Assembly: GCF_000142905.1 (NCBI RefSeq)
Contig: NW_013657677.1
Span: 186,001 to 250,000 of the forward strand
Direction of reading: 5' to 3'
Length of the DNA stretch: 64,000 bases
From: Thecamonas trahens ATCC 50062
Lineage: Eukaryota > Protista > Apusomonadida
Of this stretch, positions 46,332-56,919 are shown piece by piece. The notes beneath the pieces were generated by a model, which was not told the DNA's origin, searched no databases, and saw only the letters and a program-made list of their open reading frames with translations. Every line of letters starts with the position of its first letter. Positions within the stretch are counted from its first letter, which is position 1. Both the position numbers and the translations under genes were made by a program.

Positions 46332-47849
46332 ATGCAGTGGCTACGCAGAGTACACCGTGCAGCGCACAAGGCTGTGGATGGGACAGGCGTGGTGCTGTTC
46401 CGTGTGGTGTTTGGAGTGCTCATGGTCTACGGCGAGCTCAGGCACCAGATCGAATACCGTGATATGGAGTATCGCTTCCGCGAGCCGGCACTCATCCTCC
46501 CGCACTGGCTCTTCCGAGTAGTGCCTGGCCTAGACATGGTCTTTCCCCCGCCTGATCCGGGCCTGTTTCTCTACTGGCTGGCAATGGTCCTGTCAGCGAT
46601 GGCCATTGCTCTCGGCCTGGCCACCCGGACAGCGGCCGCTGTCTTTGGCGTCCTGTACTCGATCTCGTTTCTGGCCGAGCAATCGGCGTACAACAACCAC
46701 TACTATCTTATTTGCATGATCGCTGGCTTTCTGGCCTGCGTCCACTCGGACATGGGTCTGGCGCTCTCGCCGAGCTCGTCGTCGACCAAGGCCGTCCCGC
46801 GTTGGCACCGCGACATCTTCCGCTTTCTGGTTGTCATCGTCTATTTTTACGGTGGACTGGCCAAGATCAACAAAGACTGGCTCCGCGGCGAGCCGATCCG
46901 GGCGTCGCTGGTGGTTACGCCGGAACAGTTTGACCTCTGGTGGATCCGCGAGGCTTTTGTGGTGGTCCTTTGCGGCGGTGGTCTCGTCTTTGACCTTTGC
47001 GTTGGCTTTGCGCTCCTGCACCCAATCGGACGCAACCTCGCGCTCCCGCTGGTGCTCTACTTTCACACCTCCAACTGGCTGATGTTTAACATCGGCGTCT
47101 TTCCGTTTCTCATGGTTGGCGCCTCGGTACTCTTTTACGATGGCGCCGAGCTGGAAGCTGCGCTTCGTTCGATCCAGCCATGGCTCCCACTGCGGGCGCA
47201 CGGTGGCATCCGGGCGACGGTGGGCTTGCTGGCACGGATGCGACCGTCAAGCTCGCACCTCTCGCCGCGGCGAGTGCTTCGCGGCCGGCGGCGGACGACA
47301 TTGCTCCTCCTCGCATTTGTCGCCTTTCAGCTCCTCTTCCCTCTCCGGCACTTTGTGCTCAACGCGCCAGCCGGCCATCTTGTCCACTGGAACGAGAACG
47401 GACACAAGTTCTCGTGGCATATGAAGCTACGGGCCAAGGCCTGCGAAGGCGAGTGGAGCTATGTCAACAATCGTGGCCACAAGAGGGAGATTCATCTTGC
47501 AAACTACCTCACGCCGCGCCAGCAGTCGCGGGCTCTCGACAATCCCGACGTCATGTGGATCTTTGCACAGTGGATCTCAGTACAGCACAACGGTGCGCCG
47601 GTCTTTGCCGACATTCGCTGCGGGCTCAATGGGCGGCCAAAGGTTGCGTTTACCCTGCCCGACGTCGATATTGCGTCATCGGTTGTCCCGTGGTTCGGCA
47701 CAGCACCGTTTATCACCACTGACTACGGCCCGCTCGAGTATCCGGCCCACGTCCAAGCCTTTGATCTTGCGGCGCTAGCCATGGCATGTGTCGGCACCGC
47801 TGTGCTGCTCTGGCTCTTCCGAATCTTGGTCCGTCCGCGAGCGTGGTGA
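46332..47849 (+). CDS. GGCX: Vitamin K-dependent gamma-glutamyl carboxylase homologue (HTTM domain)
   Basis: LFRVVFGVLM, YNNHYYL, VYFYGGLAKINKDWL, FNIGVFPF, GHKFSWHMKLR, PDVMWIFA, LNGRP. Confidence 0.85.
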   Translation: MQWLRRVHRAAHKAVDGTGVVLFRVVFGVLMVYGELRHQIEYRDMEYRFREPALILPHWLFRVVPGLDMVFPPPDPGLFLYWLAMVLSAMAIALGLATRTAAAVFGVLYSISFLAEQSAYNNHYYLICMIAGFLACVHSDMGLALSPSSSSTKAVPRWHRDIFRFLVVIVYFYGGLAKINKDWLRGEPIRASLVVTPEQFDLWWIREAFVVVLCGGGLVFDLCVGFALLHPIGRNLALPLVLYFHTSNWLMFNIGVFPFLMVGASVLFYDGAELEAALRSIQPWLPLRAHGGIRATVGLLARMRPSSSHLSPRRVLRGRRRTTLLLLAFVAFQLLFPLRHFVLNAPAGHLVHWNENGHKFSWHMKLRAKACEGEWSYVNNRGHKREIHLANYLTPRQQSRALDNPDVMWIFAQWISVQHNGAPVFADIRCGLNGRPKVAFTLPDVDIASSVVPWFGTAPFITTDYGPLEYPAHVQAFDLAALAMACVGTAVLLWLFRILVRPRAW

Positions 47850-49115
47850 TGGTGAAAGCGGATGCAAGCGCTTGGTCATGACGTACGCATGCTTGTCACC
47901 GCCGTAGTACTCGTATGCAAATGCCGAACGTGTAAAGCCACGCGAGCGGTACAGCCGCTCGGCCGGCTCGTTGTGGAAGGCAACATGGAGGACGATCTCG
48001 GAGATGGTACCTGATGCGGCGATGACCGCCGTGGCCTCATCAAGGAGCGAGGCACCGATGCACCTGCCACGGAGCCGGTTGTCGACGGCCAGTGACGTGA
48101 TTAGTGCTCGGCGGCGGCGAACATGCATGCCGAACAGAATGTAGCCGGCAAGAAAGTCGCCGGCGCGAGCCACGAGAAGCGTGGCGACGTGCGGATGGTC
48201 GAGTGCGAACCAGAAGGCGTCTTCGGGCCACGGCTCGTCAAAGCAGGCGGCGTCGAGAGAGGCAACAGCCGGCACGTCGGAGTCGCGGGCAACATCGAGC
48301 TCGATCTCAACCTTGGGCGCCGAGAGCTGGTGCGGCACGCCGAGCGACTGGCTCGTGAGTGCGCGCTGGCTCCGCTTGCCTGCCGCCACAAATGGCGGGC
48401 AGAGGAGGCGCGTGCGGGCGAGAGCAGAGCGCGGCACCAGATCGAGCGAGCGGAGGCGAATCCAGGCATTGTGCTCGGTATGTAGGATCGGTGCAGCACC
48501 AAAACAGGAGACACAGAGCGCTGTGCATGAGCAGTGTGCGCAGAGGTAGACCTCGTCGCGGTCGGCCAGCGCCCGGGTGCATCCGGCGCAAGAAACAGGC
48601 TGCACCAGCACACCATCATCTGCTCCACCGGTTTCGTCTAGTTCTGCTAACCAGTCCGACGGCAAGGATGCAAGTGCGGCAAACGAGAGCGGACGTGCGA
48701 TCCGCAGCATCGGGTGCGCCGGCGGATGCGTGTCTGCGGCAAAGCAGCGCTCGCAGAGATCAACATCGTCGCAGACGAGGCAGAGCCAGCGGGCGCCAAC
48801 GAGCGGGGCTACTGCGACCGGCACGATGTCGGCCTCGATGGGAAAACAGCCATCGCAGACGCACATCGGGTGGACAACAGGCGCTGCCGGCGAGGTAGGA
48901 GGCTCGACATTGTCGTGGCCGTCCAACGGGATGGGAATGAGGATGTGATTGGTGGCATGACCGACATGGCCTCCTTCGACGAAGCAATCGCCGCAGACAT
49001 CAAAGTCGACACACCCGGTGCACCGCATCCGCAAGCCGATGATCCGCAGTTGACAGACGTCACACACGGCGTTGTGGACCGCTACATGCTGGGGCTCGGG
49101 GGAAGGCTCGGCCAT
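47775..49115 (-). CDS. Three ZZ-type zinc fingers fused to a RimI/N-terminal-acetyltransferase-like GNAT domain
   Basis: CDVC...RCTGCVDFDVCGDCF...H; CDGC...WLCLVCDDVDLCERCF...HPPAHPM; CAGC...CAHC...LCVSCF. GNAT: ITSLAVDNRLRGRCIGASLL...LHVAFHNEPAERLYRSRGF...YY. Confidence 0.85.
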   Translation of the reverse strand: MAEPSPEPQHVAVHNAVCDVCQLRIIGLRMRCTGCVDFDVCGDCFVEGGHVGHATNHILIPIPLDGHDNVEPPTSPAAPVVHPMCVCDGCFPIEADIVPVAVAPLVGARWLCLVCDDVDLCERCFAADTHPPAHPMLRIARPLSFAALASLPSDWLAELDETGGADDGVLVQPVSCAGCTRALADRDEVYLCAHCSCTALCVSCFGAAPILHTEHNAWIRLRSLDLVPRSALARTRLLCPPFVAAGKRSQRALTSQSLGVPHQLSAPKVEIELDVARDSDVPAVASLDAACFDEPWPEDAFWFALDHPHVATLLVARAGDFLAGYILFGMHVRRRRALITSLAVDNRLRGRCIGASLLDEATAVIAASGTISEIVLHVAFHNEPAERLYRSRGFTRSAFAYEYYGGDKHAYVMTKRLHPLSPSPRSRTDQDSEEPEQHSGADTCHG

Positions 49116-49248
49116 GATGGCGGCGAGACGGGAGGCGAGTTGGCGCAGGTGCGACAGGCACCACGGGACGTAGGCTGGTGTGTGAGCTACGGCTGTCTCT
49201 TGAGAGGCAGACGGGGCCAGGCGAGAGCAAGGACGAGACAAGCCAAGG

Positions 49249-50136
49249 ATGTCTGCGGCAGCGGGAGCGGTGGGAGCGGATGCCGTGCGGCGCGGAGTGG
49301 TCAAGGTGGCGGCGGCGCAGATGTGCTCGACGGGCAAGGTGGCCGAGAACATGGCGGCGATTCGGCGGCTGGTGGCGAGGGCAGTCGAAGCTGGAGCGAG
49401 CATGCTGTTCCTGCCCGAATGCGCCCTGTTTATCGGCTCGTCTGCGGCCGAGACCAAGGCTGCTGCGGTGGCGATCGACGGGGCCGAGGTGGCCGAGCTG
49501 GCTACCGTGGCTGCCGACGCCGGGCTGTGGCTCTCGGTCGGCGGCGTCCACACCCGGGTGGCCGACTCGGAGGAAGGCAAGGTCCACAACAGCCACCTTG
49601 TGTTTGACAGTTTTGGCATGGGCTCTCCGTTGGCGGTCTACCACAAGGCGCACCTGTTTGACGTCGATCTGCCGTCGGGCATCCAGTTGCACGAGTCGCG
49701 GGCGACCGAGGCCGGAAACAAGGTGGTGGTGGTGGGAGAGACACCAGTGGGCGGCTTGGGCCTTGGCATCTGCTACGACATGCGGTTTCCGGGTCTATTT
49801 GCAGCGATGCGTGCCGCAGGCGCCGATGTGGTCACGGCGCCGTCGGCGTTCACGGTTCCGACCGGCGAGGCGCACTGGCACGTCCTCCTCCGGGCCCGTG
49901 CCATCGAGAGCCAGTGCTACATGATTGCGGCGGCACAGGTTGGCAAGCACAACGCAAAACGCGAGTCATACGGCCACACACTCATTGTCGACCCGTGGGG
50001 CAAGATCGTGGCCGAGGCAGCAGACTCGGTGGTTGAAGACATTGTGGTGGCTGACATTGATCTGGACTACCTCGACTCTGTCCGTGCCTCTATGCCTGTC
50101 TTTGACCATCTCCGACCCGAACTGTACCAGATGTAG
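49249..50136 (+). CDS. NIT1: Nit1 deaminated-glutathione amidase (nitrilase family)
   Basis: FLPEC, YHKAHLFDV, GICYDMRFP, AFTVPTGEAHWHVLLRARAIESQCY, RESYGH. Confidence 0.93.
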   Translation: MSAAAGAVGADAVRRGVVKVAAAQMCSTGKVAENMAAIRRLVARAVEAGASMLFLPECALFIGSSAAETKAAAVAIDGAEVAELATVAADAGLWLSVGGVHTRVADSEEGKVHNSHLVFDSFGMGSPLAVYHKAHLFDVDLPSGIQLHESRATEAGNKVVVVGETPVGGLGLGICYDMRFPGLFAAMRAAGADVVTAPSAFTVPTGEAHWHVLLRARAIESQCYMIAAAQVGKHNAKRESYGHTLIVDPWGKIVAEAADSVVEDIVVADIDLDYLDSVRASMPVFDHLRPELYQM

Positions 50137-50371
50137 CGATGGGCGGGGTTAAACTGCTGGCGAAGCGTGCGTACAGCTGTTGGATGGCTGGGATGGCCAG
50201 CAATGTGTTGTGGTGCGAGCGCCCGTCTGGTCCCAGATTGGGGCCAATCGAGGCCAATGGGATGGCGGGCAGCGCTTGGGACAAGCACGACACGGTCAGC
50301 CCATTGACCCCCCCCCCTTCCCCGCGTACCCCGTCACACCCGTCGACGTGCTCGTGCTGACGAAGAGTAGC

Positions 50372-52443
50372 ATGGCATATGACAATGGTGGCGGAGGTGG
50401 GGAGGTGCGTGGGGAGGTGCCTGTGCTCAAGGTGACGAGCAAGGGCGAGGTTGTGGCGCTGGAGGCGGCGGTGGAAGCGAGCACGGTCGACGGCTTCCTT
50501 CTCAAGCGCGGCGGGACGGTGATCAATCGGTGGCAGAAGCGGCGGTTTGTACTCGCCAACGGCTTGCTGTACTACTTTGGGCGAAATGCAAACAAGTCGC
50601 GCGGCTCGATCGAGCTGGCGGGCTGCAAGGTGGTCGACGGGCACGCCCGTAAGCGGTTCGGCATTGCCATCCATCATCCGGCCGGTAGGGTCTATCTCCT
50701 CGCCGCTCTCTCGGCCGGCTCGAAGCGAGCTTGGCTCCGAGCACTGGTGGCCTGCCCTGGAGTGGCCCTCTCGCGTGCATCGGTCCTTCCAACCGACTGC
50801 GGTGCGGCGGTCGGCGACGTACCAGGCGCGCGCGGCCTGTACAACATAGGCAACACGTGCTACCTCGCGGTGGTTGTCCAGCTCATCTCGCTCATTTCTG
50901 AGCTCTCGGCCTTTCTCCGCGACAACGACGCAGTATCTGCCGAGCTGAACGAGACCAACGTGCTCGGCTATGGCGGTAGGGTCGCGCGCAGCGTGGCTGC
51001 ACTGATGCAGTCCCTGTGGGCCGAAGCTGCGGCGTTGCCGGCCACCGACGACGCGAGCGCACCTGTCGGCAAGACCAAGGGCAGGGTTAAGGCCAAGGCC
51101 AAGGCCAAGGCCAAGGCCAAGGACAACAGCGGCGGTGGCGGAGCAGCGGACAACGAGGATCTGGCGCCGCCGGCGGCGCTCGACCCGTCAGAATTCAAGG
51201 ATGTGGTGGCGCGGGCGGCATCGCAGTTTGCCGGCTACCAGCAGCACGACGCACAAGAGTTTCTCTGCTGGCTCCTTGATGCGCTCCACGAGGATCTCAA
51301 CCGAGTGCAAGTCAAGGTGGCGGTGCCTGTGGCGGAGGCTGTGGCTGGCGAGAGCGAGGAGGCGCTCGCTGCGCGAGCGTGGCACGGCTACCTGCTGCGG
51401 AACAAGTCGATTGTGGTCGATCTGCTGCAGGGTCAGCTGCGGTCTCAAGTGTCATGCGGCAAGTGCGGCTTTGCGTCGGTCACCTTTGACCCGTTCCAGT
51501 ACTTGACGGTCCCGATTCCGGCCAAGCAAACGGTCAAGGTGCCGTGCGTCCACTGCGCGGCGACCAACGCGTCGTCGTGGCCGATCACCTCGCTCTGCTG
51601 CACGGCATGCACCAAGCCATTCTCAATCTCACTCGACACGCTGCCGACGCCGAGCCTCGACGAGTGCCTGGAGCTGTTCTGCAAGCGCGAGTCGCTGACC
51701 AAGGGCAACCAGTGGTACTGCCCCAAGTGCGAGACGCATGTCGACGCGACCAAGCAGGTCTCGCTCTATAAGACGCCCCCGTTTCTGCTCATTATTCTCA
51801 AGCGGTTTGCGGCGGTCCGGTCGGGTCGGCGTGGCAAGGTCCACCTTCCGGTCTCGTACCCGGTGGAGCTCGATCTCTCGCACATTGTCTCGTCGCCGCA
51901 GCCGAGCGAGCCGCGGTACGAGCTTCGCGGGGTGATCAATCATCACGGGCGCATGACCAAAGGTCACTACACGGCTTACGGACGGCACCCGTCGCGCGAC
52001 GCGTGGCTCTTTTCAACGACGACGACGTGTACGAGATGCTGGAGGAGCAGCTTCAGTCGCGCGACGCGTACATCCTTCTCTACGCGCCGCCCGGCACCAA
52101 CGCCGCCACCGGCGCTGCGCCTGCCACCCGGCCTCGGCGGCAGACCATTTCCAAGCCATCGTCGTGGCCGCACGCCATAGGCCCGGAGCTTGTGGCGGCG
52201 TTCAAGGACCGCTACGAGCCGATTGATCCATGCCAGGTCGGGCACGCTGTCGACTCTGACGGTGGCGGCGCCGAAGCCGCGGACCTTGACTCGGGCGCAG
52301 CGTCGTCGTCAGCTACGGTTATCGCCACCACTGAGCCTGGCGATCGATCCGGCAAAGCAGACGACGATGACGACGACTGCCGTGATGGAGCTCATCTCCC
52401 AGATGCCGCCTCTGCGTCGACGAGCATGTCGTCGACGTCGTGA
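50372..52443 (+). CDS. PH domain + ubiquitin-specific protease (peptidase C19); frameshift at ~52011
   Basis: PH: GFLLKRGG..NRWQKRRFVL..GLLYYF...AWLRAL. Cys box GLYNIGNTCYL, QHDAQEFL, His box HHG..GHYTAY. The shifted frame supplies FNDDDV...AYILLY. Confidence 0.9.
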
Positions 52444-52940
52444 TGATCCTGCCGTCCGGGCCCGAGCCCAGAACGCATAATCACACCATCCCACGCTCAA
52501 TCCATCCAGCTGCGTGGAGTTGAATTGTACGAAAACCATTACCGTGGACCGGCTTTGTCATGTGGCCGCCGTGGCCCGCCTTGCCCTTGTCCTGCTCAAA
52601 AAAAGTGTCGCTGCGCGCGCTTTTGCGCTTTTGGTATTGTGCGCCCGCCGCTACCGCCGGCCGGCCGACCTCCCTCCTCGGCCGGCACGAGCCACGGCAG
52701 TATCACTCGTCTCGAGACCAAGTGAGAGAGAGAGAGAGAGCAGTGCGCGGTAGCAAAGTAGAGCCGCAAGAGAAGGAGACGCTGAGGCATTGAGAGAGGC
52801 CCTGCAGGAGAAGGTCAGACGTTGGCTAAGGGAGGGAGGGGGGAACACTCAGGGCACACTCTGGGACGAGGCGTGATGAACACCGATGAGTCGAGGCTGA
52901 TGGCTGGAGGGGAGCAGTTGGCAAGGGAAAGGGAAGCGAG

Positions 52941-53432
52941 GTGGACAGCCATGCTGGACAAGTCTACCAATGTAGCTCGGCCTGCTGGCATGCTGTTGGC
53001 AAAGAGAGTTCCCACATCAAGCGGGCAAAGCTGTTGGAAGCACGGATCGGCGGGCGGCGAGTCGAGGAGGCCGAGGCCGACAGCGACGGTCGTGAGCTGT
53101 GCGCGGGCTTGTCGCCAGCGTATGTGGCGGCGCGTGCGGCACTTGATGTGGTACGCAAGGCTGAGGAGGACGAGAATGTGGCACCTTCCGGAGACTATGG
53201 CCACGGGAAGTGGGCCAGCGGCGGGGCGGCGGCGATGGAGGTGGGCAGCTCTCACGAGTGCAGCGCGCCGCTGCTGCCTCCGGGGCCGCCGGTGGTGCTC
53301 GTGATGCTTCCGGGCGCGGCGTCGCTGTTGCCTGTGGAGAGCGTGCGCGGCATGCGGCGGAAGCGGGGCGTCGGCGAGGTATTCAACGACGACGAGCCGG
53401 ACGCGAGCGCGGCGATGATGATGGTTGAGTAA
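52941..53432 (+). CDS. Possible short hypothetical protein
   Basis: Open frame filling an otherwise unexplained gap, convergent on the next gene. No recognisable motif and no clear ATG. Confidence 0.25.
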   Translation: MDSHAGQVYQCSSACWHAVGKESSHIKRAKLLEARIGGRRVEEAEADSDGRELCAGLSPAYVAARAALDVVRKAEEDENVAPSGDYGHGKWASGGAAAMEVGSSHECSAPLLPPGPPVVLVMLPGAASLLPVESVRGMRRKRGVGEVFNDDEPDASAAMMMVE

Positions 53433-53487
53433 AGAGATGGAGGAAGAAAGGGAAGAGGAGGCGCGGCGACGGCGCGCTCAGGGGGCT

Positions 53488-56400
53488 TTACATGTTGTGG
53501 CGGCGCGAGGCGATGAGGGCAAAGATGGCCGAGGCGATGACAAAGGCGACAAACTCGGTGCGAACCGGCAGCTGGAAGGGCGAGCTGCCGGCGTGGTTGA
53601 CAGCGATGGAGAACATGGGCTCGACGGCCGGGATGGAGGCCGGGTCAAAGTCAGTGCCAGCGCGAGCGGCGGCGCGAGCGGCGTGGTCGGCCTGCTCGGC
53701 GGCACGGACGCGGTCGACCTCGCGGTAAAAGGCGAGCTCGTAGTCGCCGGCGGCGTCCGGGGTGGGGACGGCAAAGGAGACCTGGTAAGCGTCGTTGGAG
53801 GCACCGAGGGCGACGGGGACCTGGAAGAGCTCGGCCTTGGCGCCGTCGACGACCTTGAAGACGGAGCAGCGGAGCTGGGCGTTGGCGAGCTTCTTGCCCT
53901 GGCAGCCGAGCGAGAACTCGGAGACAAAGACGGTGGTGTCGCGGCGCTCGGCGTCGAACGAGTACGGCTCCGACGTGACCTTGATCTCACCGCCGATGAC
54001 GATGGGGTACTCGACCTTGTTCTCCGAGTTGGGCTTGTAGACCGGGAGCTGGGTGCCAGCGGCGTCGTAGGCGGCGACCTCGAGGATGCCGTCACCCTGG
54101 ACAGCGTTGGGGTTAATGGTCCAGGAGATGGCGAAGCCGTCGGCGGCGTCGCGGGCGGTGGCGCGCTCGCGGACCGAGACGAAACGGCGGCCGGCACGGA
54201 CGGCGTCATCGTGGGAGATGACGAGGTACATGCCCGGGGCGACGGCGTCGTCGGCGACAGCGGAAGCGACGTCGGCGGCAGAGAGCGACTTGCCCGAGAG
54301 GGTGTCGACGACAGTAAACTCAAACTCGACGACGTTGCCGTAGTAAAAGTCCTTCTTGGTGGGCGCGCCCTCAGCCGAGGACATCTCGAGGTGGACCGGG
54401 ACGGCGACGGAGAGCGGCGAAGCGTCCTCCCAGAGGGCAGCCTCGGCCGAGTCGTAGTTGTCGAGCTCGACGGCGTTGCCGGCAGCGTCGACGTAGGCAA
54501 ACTTGACGAGGTGGGTGCCGACGAGCGAGAGCGAGGTGGGGATCTCGAGCTCAAAGGCAACCTTGACGTTGGAGCCGGACGAGCCGGACGAGGGCGTGCC
54601 CTCGACCGACGCGACGACGGCGCCGTCCTCGGTGGTGAGCTGGAAGACAAAGGTGCGGGCGGCGGCGGCCGACGAGTGGTCAAAGTGGACGAGGGTGCGC
54701 ATGTCGGGCATGGCAGCCGGCTCCATGGCGACGGTGAGGACGTCACCGAGGGCAAGCTTGTGAACAGCCGAGGCAGCCGAGGCGGCGATGCCATTGACGG
54801 TCACGGACGAGGCGACCATGGACGAGACGTACTTGTACGACTTGACGGCCGAGGTGTGGACAAGGCCAGCACCGTCGGCGACCTCAAACACGGCCTCAAG
54901 GGCGCCAGTGGGGACGGCGACGCCCGAGAGCTCGGTGGCAAAGGCAACAGCGTCGTCGCCCGAGGCCGACGCACCGTCGTAGGCGAGCGAGGCGACGGCG
55001 ACACCGGAAGCGTCACGGAGCTGGAAGGCGACGGCAAAGTCGCCGACGCGCAGGTCCTCGTGGGTGACGTTGAAGAGGCGGAGCTGGTAGTCAAAGGCGA
55101 CACCGTCGCCGACCGACTCGCCCTCGGCAACGTCGGAAGCACCGTAGGTGACGGCGCCGGTAACCTCGAGGCCGTAGCCGATCGAGGCCGACTCGGAGCC
55201 GGCCCAGGCGATCTGGCCAATGCCAGCGACGTGCTTCGAGACGGAGAACTCAAGCGAGGCCTGGCCGAGGAGGCCGGCGGTATCGATGGTGTCGTGGCCA
55301 GTGTAGGCCGCCGAGACAGCCGAGTAGGCGAGCTCGTGGACGGCGCGGGCGGCACCGGGGAGGGTGACGTAGATCTCGACCTCGAGGCCGTTGACCGGGA
55401 CGCCGTCAGCAGCGGTGACGGTGACAAAGGGCTGGAACTGGGTGCCCTGGATCATCGAATCGCCATTGGGGGCGGCGTTGAGCGCGTTGAAGCCGACGCG
55501 GGTGGCAACAAAGGCCTCGAACGAGCCCGTGAGCGCAACAATGGCATGGCTGGCGGCGGCGTCGGCAAGGCCCGACGCGCGGGAACGGCAGGCCTTGAGT
55601 AGGGCCGGGAGGTAGACCGACTCGGCGACGTCGGCGTCCATGATCTTAAGCGACTCGGCAGCGAGGAACGAGGCCTGGATGGTGGCCGACGCGCCGGGCA
55701 CGCCGGCGGCGAGGAAGCCGCCGACCAGGCCGAGGTTCGGGTTCGGGTTCTGCAGCGAGGCAATGACGTCGACAAGGCCCGACTTGTAGGCCTCAAACGG
55801 AAAGTCGACAAACGAGCCGAGCAGGATGCCGGCATGGATGTCCTCCATCGACACGGTGTCCGACGCGCCAAAGTTAAAGTACACGCCCTTGGCCGAGGTC
55901 GCGAGCGACTCCTCAAGGTACGACTTGAGCGAGTCCTTCATCGGCTCGACAATGTCGAGGCGCGAGAGAATGTCAAGCGAGGCAAAGACGTACGCCGTCG
56001 AGACAACGTCACCCTTGGCGCCGGCGGTGGCGGCAAAGAGCCCGGTCTCCTGGTCGAGAAGCGAGGCGAGGAAGTCGGCGACAGCGTCGGGCTGCGGAAC
56101 CGAGGCGCCCATGTGCTGGTAGGCACGGAGGGCATGGAAGGTCGAGACAACGTCGGCGACGTTGGTCACCTCGTTGGCAGCGTAGCCGCCGTTGACAGAC
56201 GCAGCCTCGAGGTACGAGGCAGCAAGCGGTGAGTCGATCGTCGAGAGCGTTCCGTAGAGCGAGGCGAGGAAGAGCGCGGCCGACGTCGTCTTGACCGACG
56301 ACGCCTCCGAGTCGTTGTTCCAGAAGCCACCGTCCTCAGACTGGAAGGTAGCGAGGCCAGAGACAGCCTGCGAAAAGGTGACAGCCTACTCTCACCACCA

Positions 56401-56919
56401 ATCCCCACCATGATCTCCCGAGTGAGTCCTGAGCAAGTCCACCGGCCTGCAACAAGCCCGCAAGGCCACCATTCAGACAAAGTGCCAAAACTGCCGTTTC
56501 TTTGCCTCCTTTGGCCAACGAGCCAGCCAAGGCCACGCGCGGGCCGAGCAGACGAGGCGGGACGACGCAAGCAATGCGTTGAGCACGTTTCCAGAGCATG
56601 GCCAATACCATGACCATCATGCAAAACCCTTCAAAAGTGCTCTCAGCACGTCATGGCTTGTCCCTCGTCCACGTCTCGCCAAGCAGAGCATGGCTGGTGG
56701 CGGAGGTCGCGGCCAGCTGTGGGCGGCCAAAGCAAAAAATGAAGGGATCGAGGGCAGCAGTAGGGTGGGGAGGGAGGGGGGGAAGGAGGGCGTTGGTATG
56801 GATGATGAGGACTGCGCTTGACATGCTTAAAAGGGGGAAGGACGTACCTGGATGACAGGCGTGCACACGGCGCAGAGCACAACAAGTGCCGCAACAAGCT
56901 GGGCACCCACAACCTTCAT
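53488..56919 (-). CDS. ~983-aa type I ER membrane protein: signal peptide, helical-repeat and Ig-like luminal domains (ribophorin-II-like), C-terminal TRAP-delta (SSR4) domain; exon 1 56919-56848, intron 56368-56847
   Basis: Exon 1 MKVVGAQLVAALVVLCAVCTPVIQ is a signal peptide spliced in phase 0. C-terminal TVFVSEFSLGC...YQVSF...AGDYELAFY...PMFSIAVNHAG...VRTEFVAF + single TM matches TRAP-delta. Strong codon bias suggests high expression. Confidence 0.8.

Noticed and set aside
53425-55602. 725-aa plus-strand ORF
   Set aside because: Antisense shadow of the TRAP-delta-containing gene.
53488-56919. Calling this gene plain ribophorin II (RPN2/SWP1)
   Set aside because: It has one C-terminal TM with TRAP-delta motifs rather than RPN2's three-TM C-terminus.
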